Shown piece after piece: positions 1 to 17,535 of a stretch of 64,000 nt of DNA. Within the stretch, counting starts at the first letter, position 1. Each line of letters opens with the position of its first letter. The translations under genes were made by a program, and so were the position numbers. Source of the DNA: Paraspadella gotoi (taxonomy: Eukaryota; Animalia; Chaetognatha); the NCBI GenBank assembly GCA_051294375.1, contig CM119268.1:13775037-13839036 (forward strand), read 5' to 3'. The notes under the pieces were generated by a model that did no database searches, was not told the DNA's origin, and saw nothing but the letters and a program-made list of their open reading frames with translations.

Positions 1-654
1 TTCAAATCAGTGGTAATTGCCCAACATTAGGACAAAAACCTTTTTTTTTTTCTGCCCGAAATTTTGACAGAAAACGGGAGCACGATGCCCGTTTGACGCA
101 AAAAAAAATATTTTGATGCAGGCGTCACCCCTGTGACAAATTGACGACGGAAAAACGTAAAAAGGTACGACGCGTTACTCAACGAACTCGGATGAACGTG
201 GCGGGAAACCGACGTCACGTCAGGGTTTCGAATTGCTTTTTTTTTTTTCATGTATCATACTCGATCAAAATATTAATCTTTCTTTTCAGAGGAGCAAGAG
301 CTGTCATTTTCAGTTCGATAGAGCAAGAGAAAATTCTTCGCGAGTGAGGCGAGTAAGTTCAATGGCGGAACGGGTAAGTTCAAAGGGGATAACGGAATAG
401 CGGAGGGGGGGCAAAAAGGAGGTCATCGACGAACTCATCCTTCACAACTACTGTTTTCTCTCCTTTTCCAGGTAAGTCGTAAAAAAGGTCCTTTTCGAAA
501 TAATATCCTCCCCTTAAAAAGAGGACGGGATTTTTATGGGTGATCTCTCGCCCGTTCGCGGCGTTCGTGGACCGGATGGTCTTTTTAATGTAAAAGATTT
601 ATGGGTCTTGGCTGGAGGCGGGGAAAGGCTAGTTGAAGAAAGAGTAGGGTAATG

Positions 655-897
655 TTTTAGGCGAGATTGTCGGATCAGGGGGGGGGAGTTAGAGGCAGGT
701 GTAAATTTAGTGAAGGGATTGTTGGAGAAGTCAGAATAGGGTGAGATAGTGTTGGAAAATATTAGAGGCGAGATTGTCGGATGTGGGGGAAAGTTTAGTG
801 AAGGGATTATTGCAGAAGGCAGAATAGGGTGAGATAGTGTTGGATAATATTAGAGGCGAGATTGTCGGATCGTGGGGGGAAAGTTAGTGAAGGGATT
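655..897. repeat. Degenerate tandem repeat, ~85-105 bp unit (GGCGAGATTGTCGGAT...TAGTGAAGGGATT...AGAATAGGGTGAGATAGTGTTGGA), ~2.5 copies
   Basis: GGCGAGATTGTCGGAT recurs at ~660, ~767 and ~855, and the downstream blocks recur in the same order. Confidence 0.8.
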
Positions 898-1011
898 TGA
901 ACTTATGCAAATGTCCGACTCCATAACTACTACACCTCCGACTTTCCCCCCCCAGGCTCGCACCTTTTCTCTTCTCTGACTGAAACNNNNNNNNNNNNNN
1001 NNNNNNNNNNN

Positions 1012-5361
<4,350 letters not shown>

Positions 5362-6246
5362 TCCGATTTCATCTTCTTTTTCAGAATTTCCGAGTTATCT
5401 TCTCTCTCCTCTCCTCTCTCTTCTCTCTCTCTTTCTCTCTCTCCCTCTCCCTTCCTCTCTTTCCCTTTATCCTCCGTTCTTCTTCCTTAAGGCGTGAGGC
5501 TCCATCTCTTATTCTGCGGAGAAATAATTCACGAATTCGAATGAGAGAGTTTTTCTATCTCCCGAACATCACATCTCCTAATGAGCTAAATGAGGCGAGG
5601 TGAATCGTGATTGGGACGAACGGACGAACAGAGGGACAGATGGAAGCCATGATCTAAATATCTTTAATAATAATAATGTCGGGATTTATACATATCTCCC
5701 TCAAATGTGAAATAACGCCCAAAAAGTTATTTATGTCATTTTTTATCCGGCCAACTAATTTCATCAGGTAAATCGTGAAACCGTAAAATTGGATAATAAA
5801 AGAAGATAAAAAAAAACAAACGATTTGGGTCAGATTAAATCTTTCCCAAATGGCTGATGAATTCATGAAAGACAATTTAAAGTTTGGTTTTTTTATATAT
5901 ATTTTTTTAAGTGGAGTTGAAAGAAACATATAACGTGTCTCGATTAGGTCCGTTGTGAAAGGAACATATTGTTTACCGTTCTCAGTGGTATGTTCATTGT
6001 ATGTACATTTGTACAATTGTACCCTCCAGAAGACCATTCCTAAAAGAAATTCCCACAAAAAATCTAAAAGTGTCGACAACAAATTCCTCTTCCCCCCCCC
6101 CGAAAAAAACCTCTTGTTTTTCTAAGTTGACTGAAAGAAATCAAAGGTTGGCGCTGGTGGGCCGGAAGTGGGCGTTACGGGCAAAGGGAGTAGACGACGG
6201 AAATGAAAAGGGAAATGGGGAAATGAAATGCAAAAGGTAGAGGACT

Positions 6247-6326
<80 letters not shown>

Positions 6327-7665
6327 CGCATAATGTTAGAATACTAAAACGGACTATGTATTCAGGAATCGTTGCCTTTGCCCTTTGCCTTTGCCCATCT
6401 ATGATTATCTACCCTAAAACCTTGATAGTGAAACAAGCAAACGCAGAGACGTCCTCTCTTCGCAGAATCAACGTTTCTATTTTTGTCTCGCTCCTGGGAG
6501 GGAAAAATAATAATAAATAAATAATGAATAAACGATTAAGCAAATATCAAGAATAAAATGTCGAAATCATCGAAGACTCAATTAGTCGTCACATTCAGTA
6601 AACAAAATGACGTAGTAAAAAAAATACAAGTCAACGGGGAAATTTGTATTCGCGCGAAATTTCAATTCGTCTCGGACTGGGAGGGATACGAGGTAACTAA
6701 TGAGCCTCAACTGAAGGAACATCGAAGATTAATTACATACTTAAATTGATCCCGCGAAAACAAAATTAAAGGTAAAAAAAATAAAATAAAATAAAAACGG
6801 AAACTCTAACGCACTTTGTCGACCCGATCCGGTGCTAGTTCCAACTTTATCATCGCATCCGCGCAATCGATTAACTCGAAAGATTTTTTTTCGATGCGGC
6901 CACGCATCTTGGTTAGCAAGAAATTGATCGCTTTGTGGTTTTATTAGTCACTTGTTTGAAATATTTTTCACCTTATGAAGAGAGGGAGACGTAAAGATAG
7001 AGATCGAGAGCAGAAAAAAAATGTATTGAGATTTTAATACTCTAGTTAATTCCGAAAAGATGAATATGAAAAATAATCGCTGATTGACGCCGCATCACGT
7101 CCGCTTCAGGTCTCAAGATTTTCACCCGGGGGCTCAGCGTCCATTTCGGGTCAGATTCGATTCAGTTAATTTCGCGCCAAAAATCCACTCACAGTTTTTT
7201 TTTCCCGCGCCAACAGCCTTCGGCGCCATTTGCAACTAAAAAAAGATTTTTGGGGAAGGGCTCGAACTCGTAACCTCTTGGGGGTCGTATTACCCGGCGT
7301 CGTCGGGATGGAAGATGTGTTTTAATCTAAACTCGACCTCCGCGTCGAGAAGGTCTCTACGGTTTTCTTTTCTTTTCTTTTCTTTTCTTTTCTTTTTAAC
7401 GATTTAATCTGAGCCGAGTCACTCGAATCGAAGAATCAGGAAAAAACAGAACGTTTTGGGGAATTGCAAATTGGGCGAAGCGAATTTGGGATTTAATGGT
7501 TGGTGAAAATCCTGTTTGTTGATGTTTTTGTTAATGTTGTAGAAAATTACAATTGTCTATTGCAAAAAAAACGTAGCTTCAGTTTCTGTTCTTTAATCTT
7601 TTAGGACTATCAGTGTTTTGAATAAGACTATTCAATACTATTAAGAATATCCACCACCAAGAAAT

Positions 7666-7778
<113 letters not shown>

Positions 7779-8759
7779 ATGAGAGCGAAAGAGAGAAAAA
7801 GAGAGAGAAAGAGAGACTTAGCCATTCTAAACCGCAAAATGGAATTAAGAACAATCGGAATTTGTCGATGTCCGCGCGTGCCATGTAGACGAAAAGAGAA
7901 ATGTTCAGTTCCCCTCGGACCAGAATGAGAAGAATAAAAGGACCGACATGAGTTCCACTTCAGGAGAATCGGTTTCGCGATTTTGTGCCCAGACGATCTT
8001 TGGTTCAGTCACGCGGAAACGTAATTCGTCAATTTTCGGGGGGGGAGGAGAAACCCTCGAGAGCCGCAGATTATGGGCGCTACTGTTGGAACGATTCCAA
8101 GAAGCGGGAGAATTATTGACGGAACATGAGATGGGGAGAGTCTTAAATCAAGTGACGAGAAATGAGGAAGGGAAAACCGATGGGACAATTTGAGAGAAGA
8201 GGGAAAAGTGGAGGGAGAGAGGAAGACGAAAGAGAGGAAGAAGGTGAAAGGAGGGAAAAGGACGAACAAGGGGAAATTGACAGACAAGGTTGCTAAACAA
8301 CATTTGACAAATTAAAATGAGATAAGAGACAAGAAAAGGACAAAAGTCAAAAGGTAAAGATGTCATTGGGAATTGTGGCCGGTGATCAGCAGACGATTCA
8401 TCAGATCATCAGATTCACGCAACCTTACCAAAAAGTATCACACTCTCTCACTCTCTCTGTCTCTTCCCTCTTTATTGCGATGATTTATCATTTTACTTTT
8501 TTTGAAGTGTTTAATCTTTAATCTTGCTGTGACGCCTTTGATATACTATAGAATACATCTTAAAGCCTAAAGACGAAATATTAAGTATAAGTAAATAAAA
8601 TTGTTCAGTAGGGATATTGAGACAAAGGAGCGAAAGAATTAAACAAACGGCTCTTAAACTTACCAAACCATCGAGCCATGACTCCGAAATTTCCCAAACC
8701 CTAACACAAACGACAAAAGGGACAAAAGAACAATAAAAGGACGAGGCCGTGATTCTCTT

Positions 8760-9033
8760 GCCCCGACCGCCAACGACTCGGACGTCGATATTCCCTTCGT
8801 AATTGATGTGGACGCCGGTGACGCCGGTGACGCCCGACGTCCGGCGGAAGACGTGAAGCGTCCGTTCTTTCGGGTAAAGACGGAACGACGTCCGGCGGAG
8901 ACGAAGCCGGTCTCGGCAAAGACGAGGGTCGTCTCGTACGACCCGGCCGGGAAATAATTAACGTCGACCGGAAAACGAGTCTCATCTGTCGTTCGGTGCC
9001 GGAAATTTTCTCGGTTGACGACGAGGGTCTATA
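8760..9033 (+). other. GC/CpG-rich island, possible orphan exon
   Basis: Composition resembles coding exons elsewhere in the window and it ends at AGG|GTAAGG. No frame is open throughout and no family was recognised. Confidence 0.25.
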
Positions 9034-10168
9034 GGGTAAGGAACCTCGGGTAGAAGGGAAATGGGTGAGGCTTAAGGGAAGGTAATTAAGTAAGAACTTG
9101 AAGGTGAAAAATGACGACAGCTGTCTCTCCTCCGAAGAGTCATCTACTTTTTTTATTGTCACGTTTTTGTTTTTTTTTGTTTTTTTTTTGCAAAAGCAAT
9201 AGTGCCGTGTAGTTTTTCGCAATTTGAACTAAAGAGATAGAAACGAAAGATACATGGACCTTGGTCGTCGTACCTGCTTGTCAGTTGCATAACCGCATAT
9301 TGCATAATATGCATGTAAGTGCATATAAGTGCAAATATCCTTCACGAGTAACGTTTTAAGTCTTTAAAATCATGAGACGCCTAAACTTTTTTGACATCTT
9401 TCGCCTTCCGAAGATTATCAATTTATCTTTTGTCGTGTGAGTTTAAAAAGTAGAAAAAATGATGGCACGCCCCAGTCGTCACGATGAAAGGAAAAAGTTC
9501 GGCAAGTCCTTCTCTCTTCTTTGGAGAAAAAAAAATTGAAATTAATGATTTCGCTGGCGTTGTATTATGAAGCTGAGTAGTGTTTTAAGATTCATGAAGC
9601 TAACCTAGAGGTTATAGTATATTCAATGAAGGCGTTATTCATTCTTCGCAGTTAAAACTGAATTATTGACTAAAATCACGAATATTAAAAACGAAAATAT
9701 TCGTCTAACAAAATCCAACGCGCGAAAACTCGAATTTCAACGCATTCAGTTTCCTCTTAAGACGTCATCGACGCCTTGAGGCCTTCACGTCAAAAATCGG
9801 AAATGATGTCAGGNNNNNNNNNNNNNNNNNNNNNNNNNNNNNNNNNNNNNNNNNNNNNNNNNNNNNNNNNNNNNNNNNNNNNNNNNNNNNNNNNNNNNNN
9901 NNNNNNNNNNNNNGGCAGCCATGAGTCTCGCTGGTGGCATCTCTACATATACCGACTCGCGCAGCAGATCGGCTGCTACGAGATGGAAGCCTTCGACGTG
10001 CGGCCTCGCCGGGATGATGGGCACATCGTCCGAACCGCCGCTGCCATCGGCGTCAACTTCGCTCATGGCGAATGGTGTTCTCGGGAGACGTTGACGCAGA
10101 TGGAGGCGGTGGGCGTGGCCTCGTCTTCGTCACCATCGTAGTCGTCACATGTAGCCAAATGGGGGGGG

Positions 10169-10894
10169 TTAAAGGAGAGAAAGGAGGAAAAGGGGAGGAT
10201 GAGAGGGAGGAAGAGGAGTCGTTGGAGAAGAGGAGTGGAGAAATTGACGCGGAACTGGAGGCGATGGGAAAGGAGAGCGAGAGAAACAGGAGGAAGGAGC
10301 AAAAGAATTTAAATGTGTTGGAGCAGAAATCGTATGAAGGTGGACCTGAAAAACTGGATGTTGAATATAGTGCAACTGTGGGGGAGGCAGACGCATTGAG
10401 GACAGAGCACCAAGACATATGGACGTTGCATACGGTTCAAGGTGTGGATGTTGAACAGGGCGTTGAACAGGAATGCAATGAAAGATGGACTTAAAGATAT
10501 TCGACCGTTTGTGAAGCAGGACGCAATGAGAGATGGCTCTGGAGAAAATAGATGCTGCACAAAGTAAAAATGTAAGTGACAGCAGGATGCAATGATTGTG
10601 GCACATAAGATACAGGATTTTAAACAGGGCGTAATTGTTGTGGAGACGGGATGCAATTAAGTTGGATTGTGAAAAGACGTCGATGGAGATATGCATGACG
10701 AAAAAGAAAGTTGGAGCGGAAGAAAACTTGATGTCCCATTTTAGTACAACTTTGTTGAGAGAGGACGCCCATGAAGGAGAGCTTAAGAAAACAGGAAGCT
10801 GAACATGGTCAGACTGATGGTGGAGCATGACACAAAATCGTATGGAGCTAAAAGAAAATGATATAGCATTTGGGCAATCGCGGGAGCAACACAC
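10169..10894 (-). mobile_element. Degenerate non-LTR retrotransposon (CR1/L2-like) ORF2 C-terminal remnant
   Basis: The ORF reads LIASRLHNNYALFKIL...SRAISHCVLLHK...FHCIPVQRPVQH...FQVHLH. This echoes the L..RR...DL...YKI...TRGH...L.K...FF..R.V..WN.LP...FK..LD pattern of CR1/L2 RT tails, but several key residues have decayed. Confidence 0.4.
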
Positions 10895-12560
10895 ATTAAA
10901 AAGACGAGTTTAAGAAACTGATTTGGTGCCGGTCGAAGGAGATACACCGAACTGGAATCTCAGTGAGAGAGGAGCGGAGAAAGAAAAATTGGAAGATGAA
11001 AGCGAAGAAAAGTAGATATGAAAAACAAACATTTGTTTTTGTAGATGCTCCGTATTTTTAAAAAACATAGTGTACTATTTTGCTTTTTAATGGATTTTTT
11101 CGGGAATTAAATCTAACATTTTCTGAAGGCCAGTCTTTGCATTATTATACAACTTTCATTTTAGAAAAATAGACTTTTCAATCAACTGAAAGTTCAAAAA
11201 GCTGAGCTCCTGTCGATTCCGAAATGTATTCACTTTAAAACATTTGATGCATTCTACGCCATTTTATACTCGTTTTAATTATAATATAAAATAAAAGTAA
11301 AGCTATCTGAAGAGTTGCAGTCAACGAAAAAGCCAATTTCATCTGATATTTTTATTGATTTTTATTACTGAATTAGAAAAAATTTAATAGAGAGAATTTT
11401 TAAATTTCAAAATTTCAAAGATTTGAAAATAAAACGTTTTTAAACTTTAGCCCTAAATTCTCCTACGGAACGCGTTTATGCAAAATGTCTTTCTAATTAC
11501 ATTTTTACAAATGTTTTTGAGATTGCTAATAATTTTTTTTAAAACAATATTATTGCAGCCGTTTAGCTGCAACTCTTTAAATCATTGTAGAGAGACATTA
11601 TTTACCATCGCTATTTAACCAAAAGATTTTGTTCCAATTGGAAAACCAACCGAGTGATTAATTGTTTAACTTCCCCTTCCAAATTTCCGCTTTACCGTGT
11701 TTTAACTTCTTAACAAGATTTTTTTAACTATTATGATGAAAAACAATCTTTAAAAAATGTGCTTACCGATTTAACTTAACAATTTTGTATTTTAAAAAAA
11801 ATATTTAAAACAGAATGTTTACATATCAATTTTTTTTTTTTTGTGATTACTGATGACTACGATGTATTACGCATTGTAAAGGTGAATGAACCTTCCACTT
11901 ACTTCCTTTCCCCTTATTGTTTCCTTTATTCCCAGTCACGCGATATAAATAAAAAGACTTTTCCAGCCATTTTTTCTTTGCGTTGACAAGTTTTTTTTTT
12001 TTTCACTGTCCCCCCGTTTTTTGATGCGTCGATACAAATCGGACTGTATTTTTATTAGTCTATTGTTCTTTTGCTTTCCCCGTTGTTCTTCGAAAGTGGG
12101 CGCGAGTTCTAATCTATAACAGAAACACAAAACCGTTTTCAACGAAGGTTCGATTCTTGTCAAGAAAAACTCGACGTCAGATTTGTAATTTCTTTTCTTA
12201 ATTCCGGAAACAAAGAAACGCTATCGACGTTTCTCTCTCTCGCCGTCCTCCTTTCTCTGTCATTTCGTATTGAGAAATTTCCGATTTCATTATTCTTTTT
12301 CTTTACTTAATCTTTTTGTATTTTTTTTTCTGTTTTCCTTCGATTTCTTTATTTTTTTGGAAAAAATAAATCTCGGTTGAGTCCCGATTAAACGAAAACG
12401 TCGAGTACTTTGACTTACTTTATCCAGACTGATAGACCTCATAGAAGAGTCAGAATCAGTAAAGAAAAGAAAAAACATTAGAAATGACTCAACGCCATTC
12501 TTGACCTTGACCATTTCAGGTCTAATCGTGATCTCCTTTCCCCCACCCCGCCCCATACAG

Positions 12561-15500
12561 CGGTGGCGGTGGAGCGGCTCTGCCTCATCTGCACGCCCTT
12601 CAAGGCGCGCATCCTCTGCACGGCGTGAGGGGCGAGGGCAGCCGTCGCCGCCATGATGGTCGTCGCCTTGGTCATCAACATTCCGGTGAGTGGAAAGATG
12701 AAGATTGATAAGTGAAGATTAATGAGAAAAACAGAAGGGCGTACTGCGTAGGAAAGTGAGAATGAATTAAAATATAATCTTTTATTCATGATAATTATTG
12801 AACGTACTCAAAAATAAGTTTAGAATATTTCCAAACACAGTAACACAAACCAGAATTGAACCTATTTTTTCAGCATTTTCTCATTGAAACTTCATCAGTC
12901 ACCCATCCATACTTACCGCCCCCAAAAATCGCGTTTGCTCTTCCCCCCCCCCGTCAACAGGAGCTTTTTCCTCGGAGCTGGAGTTCGGTGGGTTGCAACC
13001 GCGACAACCCGCCCTCGTGGACGCCGGACTTCCTCAAGGAGTTCGACGGCTACCGGCCCAATCCCGGCGGTCATCCTCCCCGTCCTCCTTCTTTCGCTCC
13101 TCAACGTCGTCATGATCGTCGTCCTTTGCAAAGTCGGCAGGTGAGGAGATGAGTTGAGGAGATGAGGGTTGAGACGGAGGAGTTAGAGGATGAGGGGTTG
13201 AGACGGAGGACATGAGGGGTTGAGACGAGGAGTGAAAGATGAGGGTGAGACGGAGGAGGTTGAGGAGATGAGGGGTTGAGACGGAGGAGTTAGAGGTTGA
13301 GGGTTGAGACGGGATAGTTGAAGGAGATGAGGGGTTGAGACGGAGAGTTGAAATATGAGGGGTTGAGACGGAGGAGATGAGGGGTTGAGACGGAGGAGTG
13401 AAAGATGAGGGGTTGAGACGGGAGGAGTTGAGGAGAAGAGGGGTTGAAGACGGAGGAGTTGAGAAGATGAGGGGTTGAGACGGAGGAGTATGAGAAAATG
13501 AGGGGTTGAGACGAGGAGTTGAGACGATGAGGGTGAGATGGAGGAGTTGAGAAGATGAGGGTTGAGAGCGTGAGGAGTTGAGAACGATGAGGGGTTGAGA
13601 CGGAGGATGTTGAGGAGATGAGGGGTTGAGACGGAGGAGTTGAGGAGATGAGGGGTTAGAGACTGAGGAGTTGAGAAGAGTTGAGGAGGGTTGAGACGGA
13701 AGGCAGTTGAGGAGATGAGGGTTGAGAGGGAGGAGTTGAGAGGATGAGGGTTTTCACGGAGGAGTTGAGAGGATGAGGGGTTGAGACGGAGGAGTTGAAC
13801 GATGACGGGTTGAGACGGAGGAGTTGAGAGGATGAGGAGTTGAGACGAGAGAGTTGAGAGGATGAAGGGTTGAGACGGAAGAGTTGAGGAGATGAGGGTG
13901 AGACGGAGAGTTCAGAAGATGAGGGGTTGAGACGGAAGAGTTGAGGAGATGAGGGTGAACGGAGGAGTTGAAAAGATGAGGGGTTGAGACGGAGGAGTTG
14001 AGAGAGATGAGGGGTTGAGACGGAGGAGTTGAGACGATGAGGGTTGAGACGGAGGGTTAAGAGGATAGGAGGTTGAGACGGAGAGTGAGAAGATGAGGGT
14101 TGAGACGGAGGAGTTGAGGAGATGAGGGTTGAGAGGAGGAGTTATAGATGAGGGTTGAGACGGAGGAGTTAGAAGGATGAGGGGTTGAGACGGAAGAGTT
14201 GAGGAGATGAGGGGTGAACGGAGGAGTTGAAAAGATGAGGGGTTGAGACGAGAGAGTTGAGGAGATGAGGGGTTGAGACGGAGGAGTTGAGAGGATGTAG
14301 GGGTTGAGACGGAGAGTTCAGAAGATGAGTGGTTTGATCCGGAAGAGTTGAGGAGATGAAGGGGTGAGACGGAGGAGTTGAAAAGATGAGGGTTGAGACG
14401 AAGGAGTTGAGGAGATGAGGGATTGAGACGGAGGAGTTGAAAAGCATGAGGGGTTGAGACGGAGGAGTTGAGGAGATGAGGGTGAGACGCGAAGGAGTTG
14501 AGAGAAATGAGGGGTTGGAACGGCAGGAGTTAAGAGAGATGAGGAGTGAGACGGAGGAGTTGAGAAGATGAGGGGTGAGACGGAGGAGTAAGAGGATGAG
14601 GGGTTGAAGACGGAGAGTTGAAAAGATGAGGAGTTGAGACGGAGGAGTTGAACGGAGAGTGAAAGATGAGAGGAGACGAAATGTATTCTAAGACATTTAT
14701 TTTCAGACATTTAGTATCAAACTCAAAGTTAAGAATTCGAGATTAAAAAAAATGTGGTTGACAATGGGGAAAAGGAACTGATGAATTATTGTAAATCATA
14801 TCAATCATCAGAAAAGTGAAAAAACGCTTTTGTCAAAGAATTTTGAGTGATTCTTTATGTTCATGTCTTTTTGAAGGCGAAAAGAAAAACTTTGAGGAAA
14901 AAATATGTAAATGAGGAAAGGAAACCGATTTAAAAAAAAAAATTTAAGGTGACTTACCGTTTTGGGTGAGAGAATTATATTTCATTTTAACTGAAGATTT
15001 AAAATCCCCTTTTTTTGTGTATTTTTTTTTTTTCAATATTTTTCTCGGTCTCAGACAACGCAAAGAAAAGGATTTTTTTTTTAAAGATAAATCAATTTAA
15101 TCTGTGCTGACAAACCAAAACAACGTCTGCCTAAACAATTAGCGTTTTTTTTTTTTTCGAATTCACTCGTTTGACGTCGTCTAAAAGATAACAAAAGAGA
15201 ATATAAAATGGGAACAACGTCTGAAAAACCTCAGGAAAAAAATTATTTATCTATCGCATTTTGAAAGTCCTCTTACGATCTAAAGTAAAATGTTTAATGC
15301 ACGATGTAGTTAAAATATCACGGGGTCGTTCTTTTGTCACGGGGTTTCCTACAAATGCTTATTTTCGAATTATTTTTTCCCCGACGTTGGAGCGAGTTCT
15401 TTGCTTTTAAAATAATCTGGCTTTTAAGTCTCTCTCTGAAGTTTTCCGATAACAGGTTTGATAACTTTACCTCATTTGAATCTATTTAAAATTTACAATA

Positions 15501-16384
15501 ATTTTTTTTTGTGATATTTACTGTAGATTGTTTTTTTTTTTTTTTTTTGAATTTTTTATCTCAATTTTAAAATTTTAAATTTATAGGTCTTTATTCTACA
15601 TTTACGAAAGACAAAGAAAATAAATTGAAACAAATATAGAAAGAAAAAAAGAAAAGAAAAAAAGAAAGAAAAAAAATAAAAAAAGAAGCAATCACATAAG
15701 AAAGAAAATGCGTATAAAGAGATAACCAAAAAAAAAAAGGAAGAAAAAAAAATAGAAGGAAATACGTAAATGAAAATATCAAAAGAAACAGAACGAAATA
15801 CAAACAGACTATGATATGACAGTATTTTTCTCCTCCACTAAGGCTACACACTTCGGATCGGACGCTGCCGACGCGCATTCGTCGGCACACGGCGGCCCGT
15901 CGGTGCAAAGGAGGCGTCGGCTTCGACGAAGATGACGTACATGTTGTTGACGACCTGCGTCACCTTTTCTGTTCTCTCCCTTCCAGTCGCCGTGAAGAAC
16001 ATTCTCAATTTAGTCAAGGTTGGATCGATTGACTCATTGAATCATTGGGTCAAATTTTACTAATATCCTATACTATCCTTAAATCTATCCTATAAAATCA
16101 CTTATATTCCTATACATACTGATGTACTATTAAATTAGGGGCCAACTCTGATTTCATTTTCGTCTTGAACAGAAATGGGATCCGCTCGACAGGACTCACA
16201 TCGTGATCGAATTCACCTGTGGCACTCTGGACGTTTTGAATCACGCCATCAAACTTTCTGCTCTACATCGTCGCCGGCTCAAGATTTCGAAAGGAGGTGA
16301 GGGAGACTGCTGCTGTGAACAGACCTCACCGGTCACAGCGGTTGTTGTTAACGATGGAGTGTTGGAATTTTTGGGAGTACAATA
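12561..16384 (+). CDS. Class A GPCR, FMRFamide/sex-peptide-receptor-like, partial (TM3-TM7), with an in-frame TGA and +1 frameshifts
   Basis: Exons 12561-12685 (VAVERLCLICTPFKARILCTA*GARAAV...LVINIP), 12961-13140 (...AVILPVLLLSLLNVVMIVVLCK), 15843-16018 (KMTYMLLTTCVTFSVLSLP) and 16173 onward (LDVLNHAI[N]FLLYIVAGSRFRKEV). All have AG/GT borders. TM1-TM2 exons were not found and may lie beyond the gap at 9814-9913. Confidence 0.85.
13141..14670. repeat. Intronic minisatellite, ~30-bp unit GAGGAGATGAGGGGTTGAGACGGAGGAGTT, roughly 50 copies
   Basis: Continuous array with many single-base indels, starting at the GPCR splice donor. Confidence 0.95.
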
Positions 16385-17049
16385 GCTAAGATTTGTTCAA
16401 GCAATTAAGACCACAATTAAAGCCAGTGAGTCAGCCACATATACCATAATTTTTCTCGCGTATAAAAAATCTTTATATATTTCTTTAATATATTCAAATC
16501 TGATTCGATTACGGGGAAAAGTCTTTTGCTCTGGGCGTGGCGCCGTGGCGGAGCAACGGAGATTTTCGAAAATTGAGTCTATAAAAAATTTTCTTTTTAA
16601 AATTCTTTTAAAAAAAATAGAGTTTTGTCTTTTTTTCTTAGGCCAAGCCAACTCTGCGATCAGGATGCTGTCGGAAAAAATAAAGGCAAATTCCTCCACT
16701 TTATTATTAGAGGTAAAAAAAAAAAACCCTTTTAACTTCCTCCCCTTCCTCTCGCCTCTCCCGACTATTTGACTTTAAAAGAAGAGAATTTTAAAACTTG
16801 ATTAATTGCGCCCCGCGGGAAAAATTCAAATGGCGACCGAACAAGCATCTGGTTTGGAGGTTTGAAACCATGAATTAAAAATTGGTGCTCGGCGGCTAAA
16901 ACAGAATTATTCTTTACATACTTTTTCCTATTTAATCGGGGTTTTTATTTTCATATTATCATCGTCATAAAGCCAACACCACTGCGTGGTCGTTAATGAT
17001 TGTTTGAGTTTGAAAACGTTCGTAATATTGTCGAAAACCCTTTGATTGA

Positions 17050-17161
<112 letters not shown>

Positions 17162-17221
17162 AAATCTTCCATTTTCCCCTTTCTTCTCTTTTGTTTTTCT
17201 CTTTTCAATTCCTCCCGCCAG

Positions 17222-17535
17222 ATGGCCCAGACCGTGTTGGAGATGTCTCGCGCAAACAAAAGACTCTCGTCGAGGACTTCAACAACGATTCACCTAAACT
17301 AGCGCAGAGCTCGACTCGTCACTCCCAGAGTTCCATCCGTCACTCCCAAAGTTCCTCGCATCACTCCAGAGCTCGGCGTCCCGGCGTCTTACGTCCACGC
17401 CGTCGTCAAGTCGCCAAACTTTGGCCACGAGACTTGACAGAGAGAGAATTGCGAAATCGGTCAGAAGATTTTCAGTCTCAATCCTCCTCAGTCATTTTCA
17501 CAGTGCTTCGAATTGTTTTGTCCCTTTCATGTTGA
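17222..17535 (+). CDS. Candidate terminal exon (possible GPCR cytoplasmic tail) with 21-bp RHSQSS repeats
   Basis: Pyrimidine tract plus CCGCCAG acceptor, then an open Ser/Arg-rich frame (DGPDRVGDVSRKQKTLVEDF...). The link to the GPCR is not established. Confidence 0.35.

Noticed and set aside
9914-10148. Missing N-terminal GPCR exon
   Set aside because: It is GC-rich, but no frame shows TM1 GN or TM2 LA..D motifs; identity unresolved.
11305-11345. Third hammerhead (CTGAAGA-GTTG-CAGT-CAAC-GAAA...TTTC)
   Set aside because: Stem I has only about 2 bp. The segment is also one arm of a degenerate inverted repeat (partner ~11560-11578), so coincidence is likely.
12626-12628. Selenocysteine, readthrough or alternative genetic code at the GPCR TGA
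   Set aside because: The same gene has several frameshifts typical of read error, and other genes here use TGA as a normal stop (27615, 60271).
13141-14670. Interstitial telomere or coding repeat
   Set aside because: TGAGGG(G)TT is only part of a 30-bp unit, not a TTAGGG array. The array lies inside a GT-AG intron and its frames are broken.
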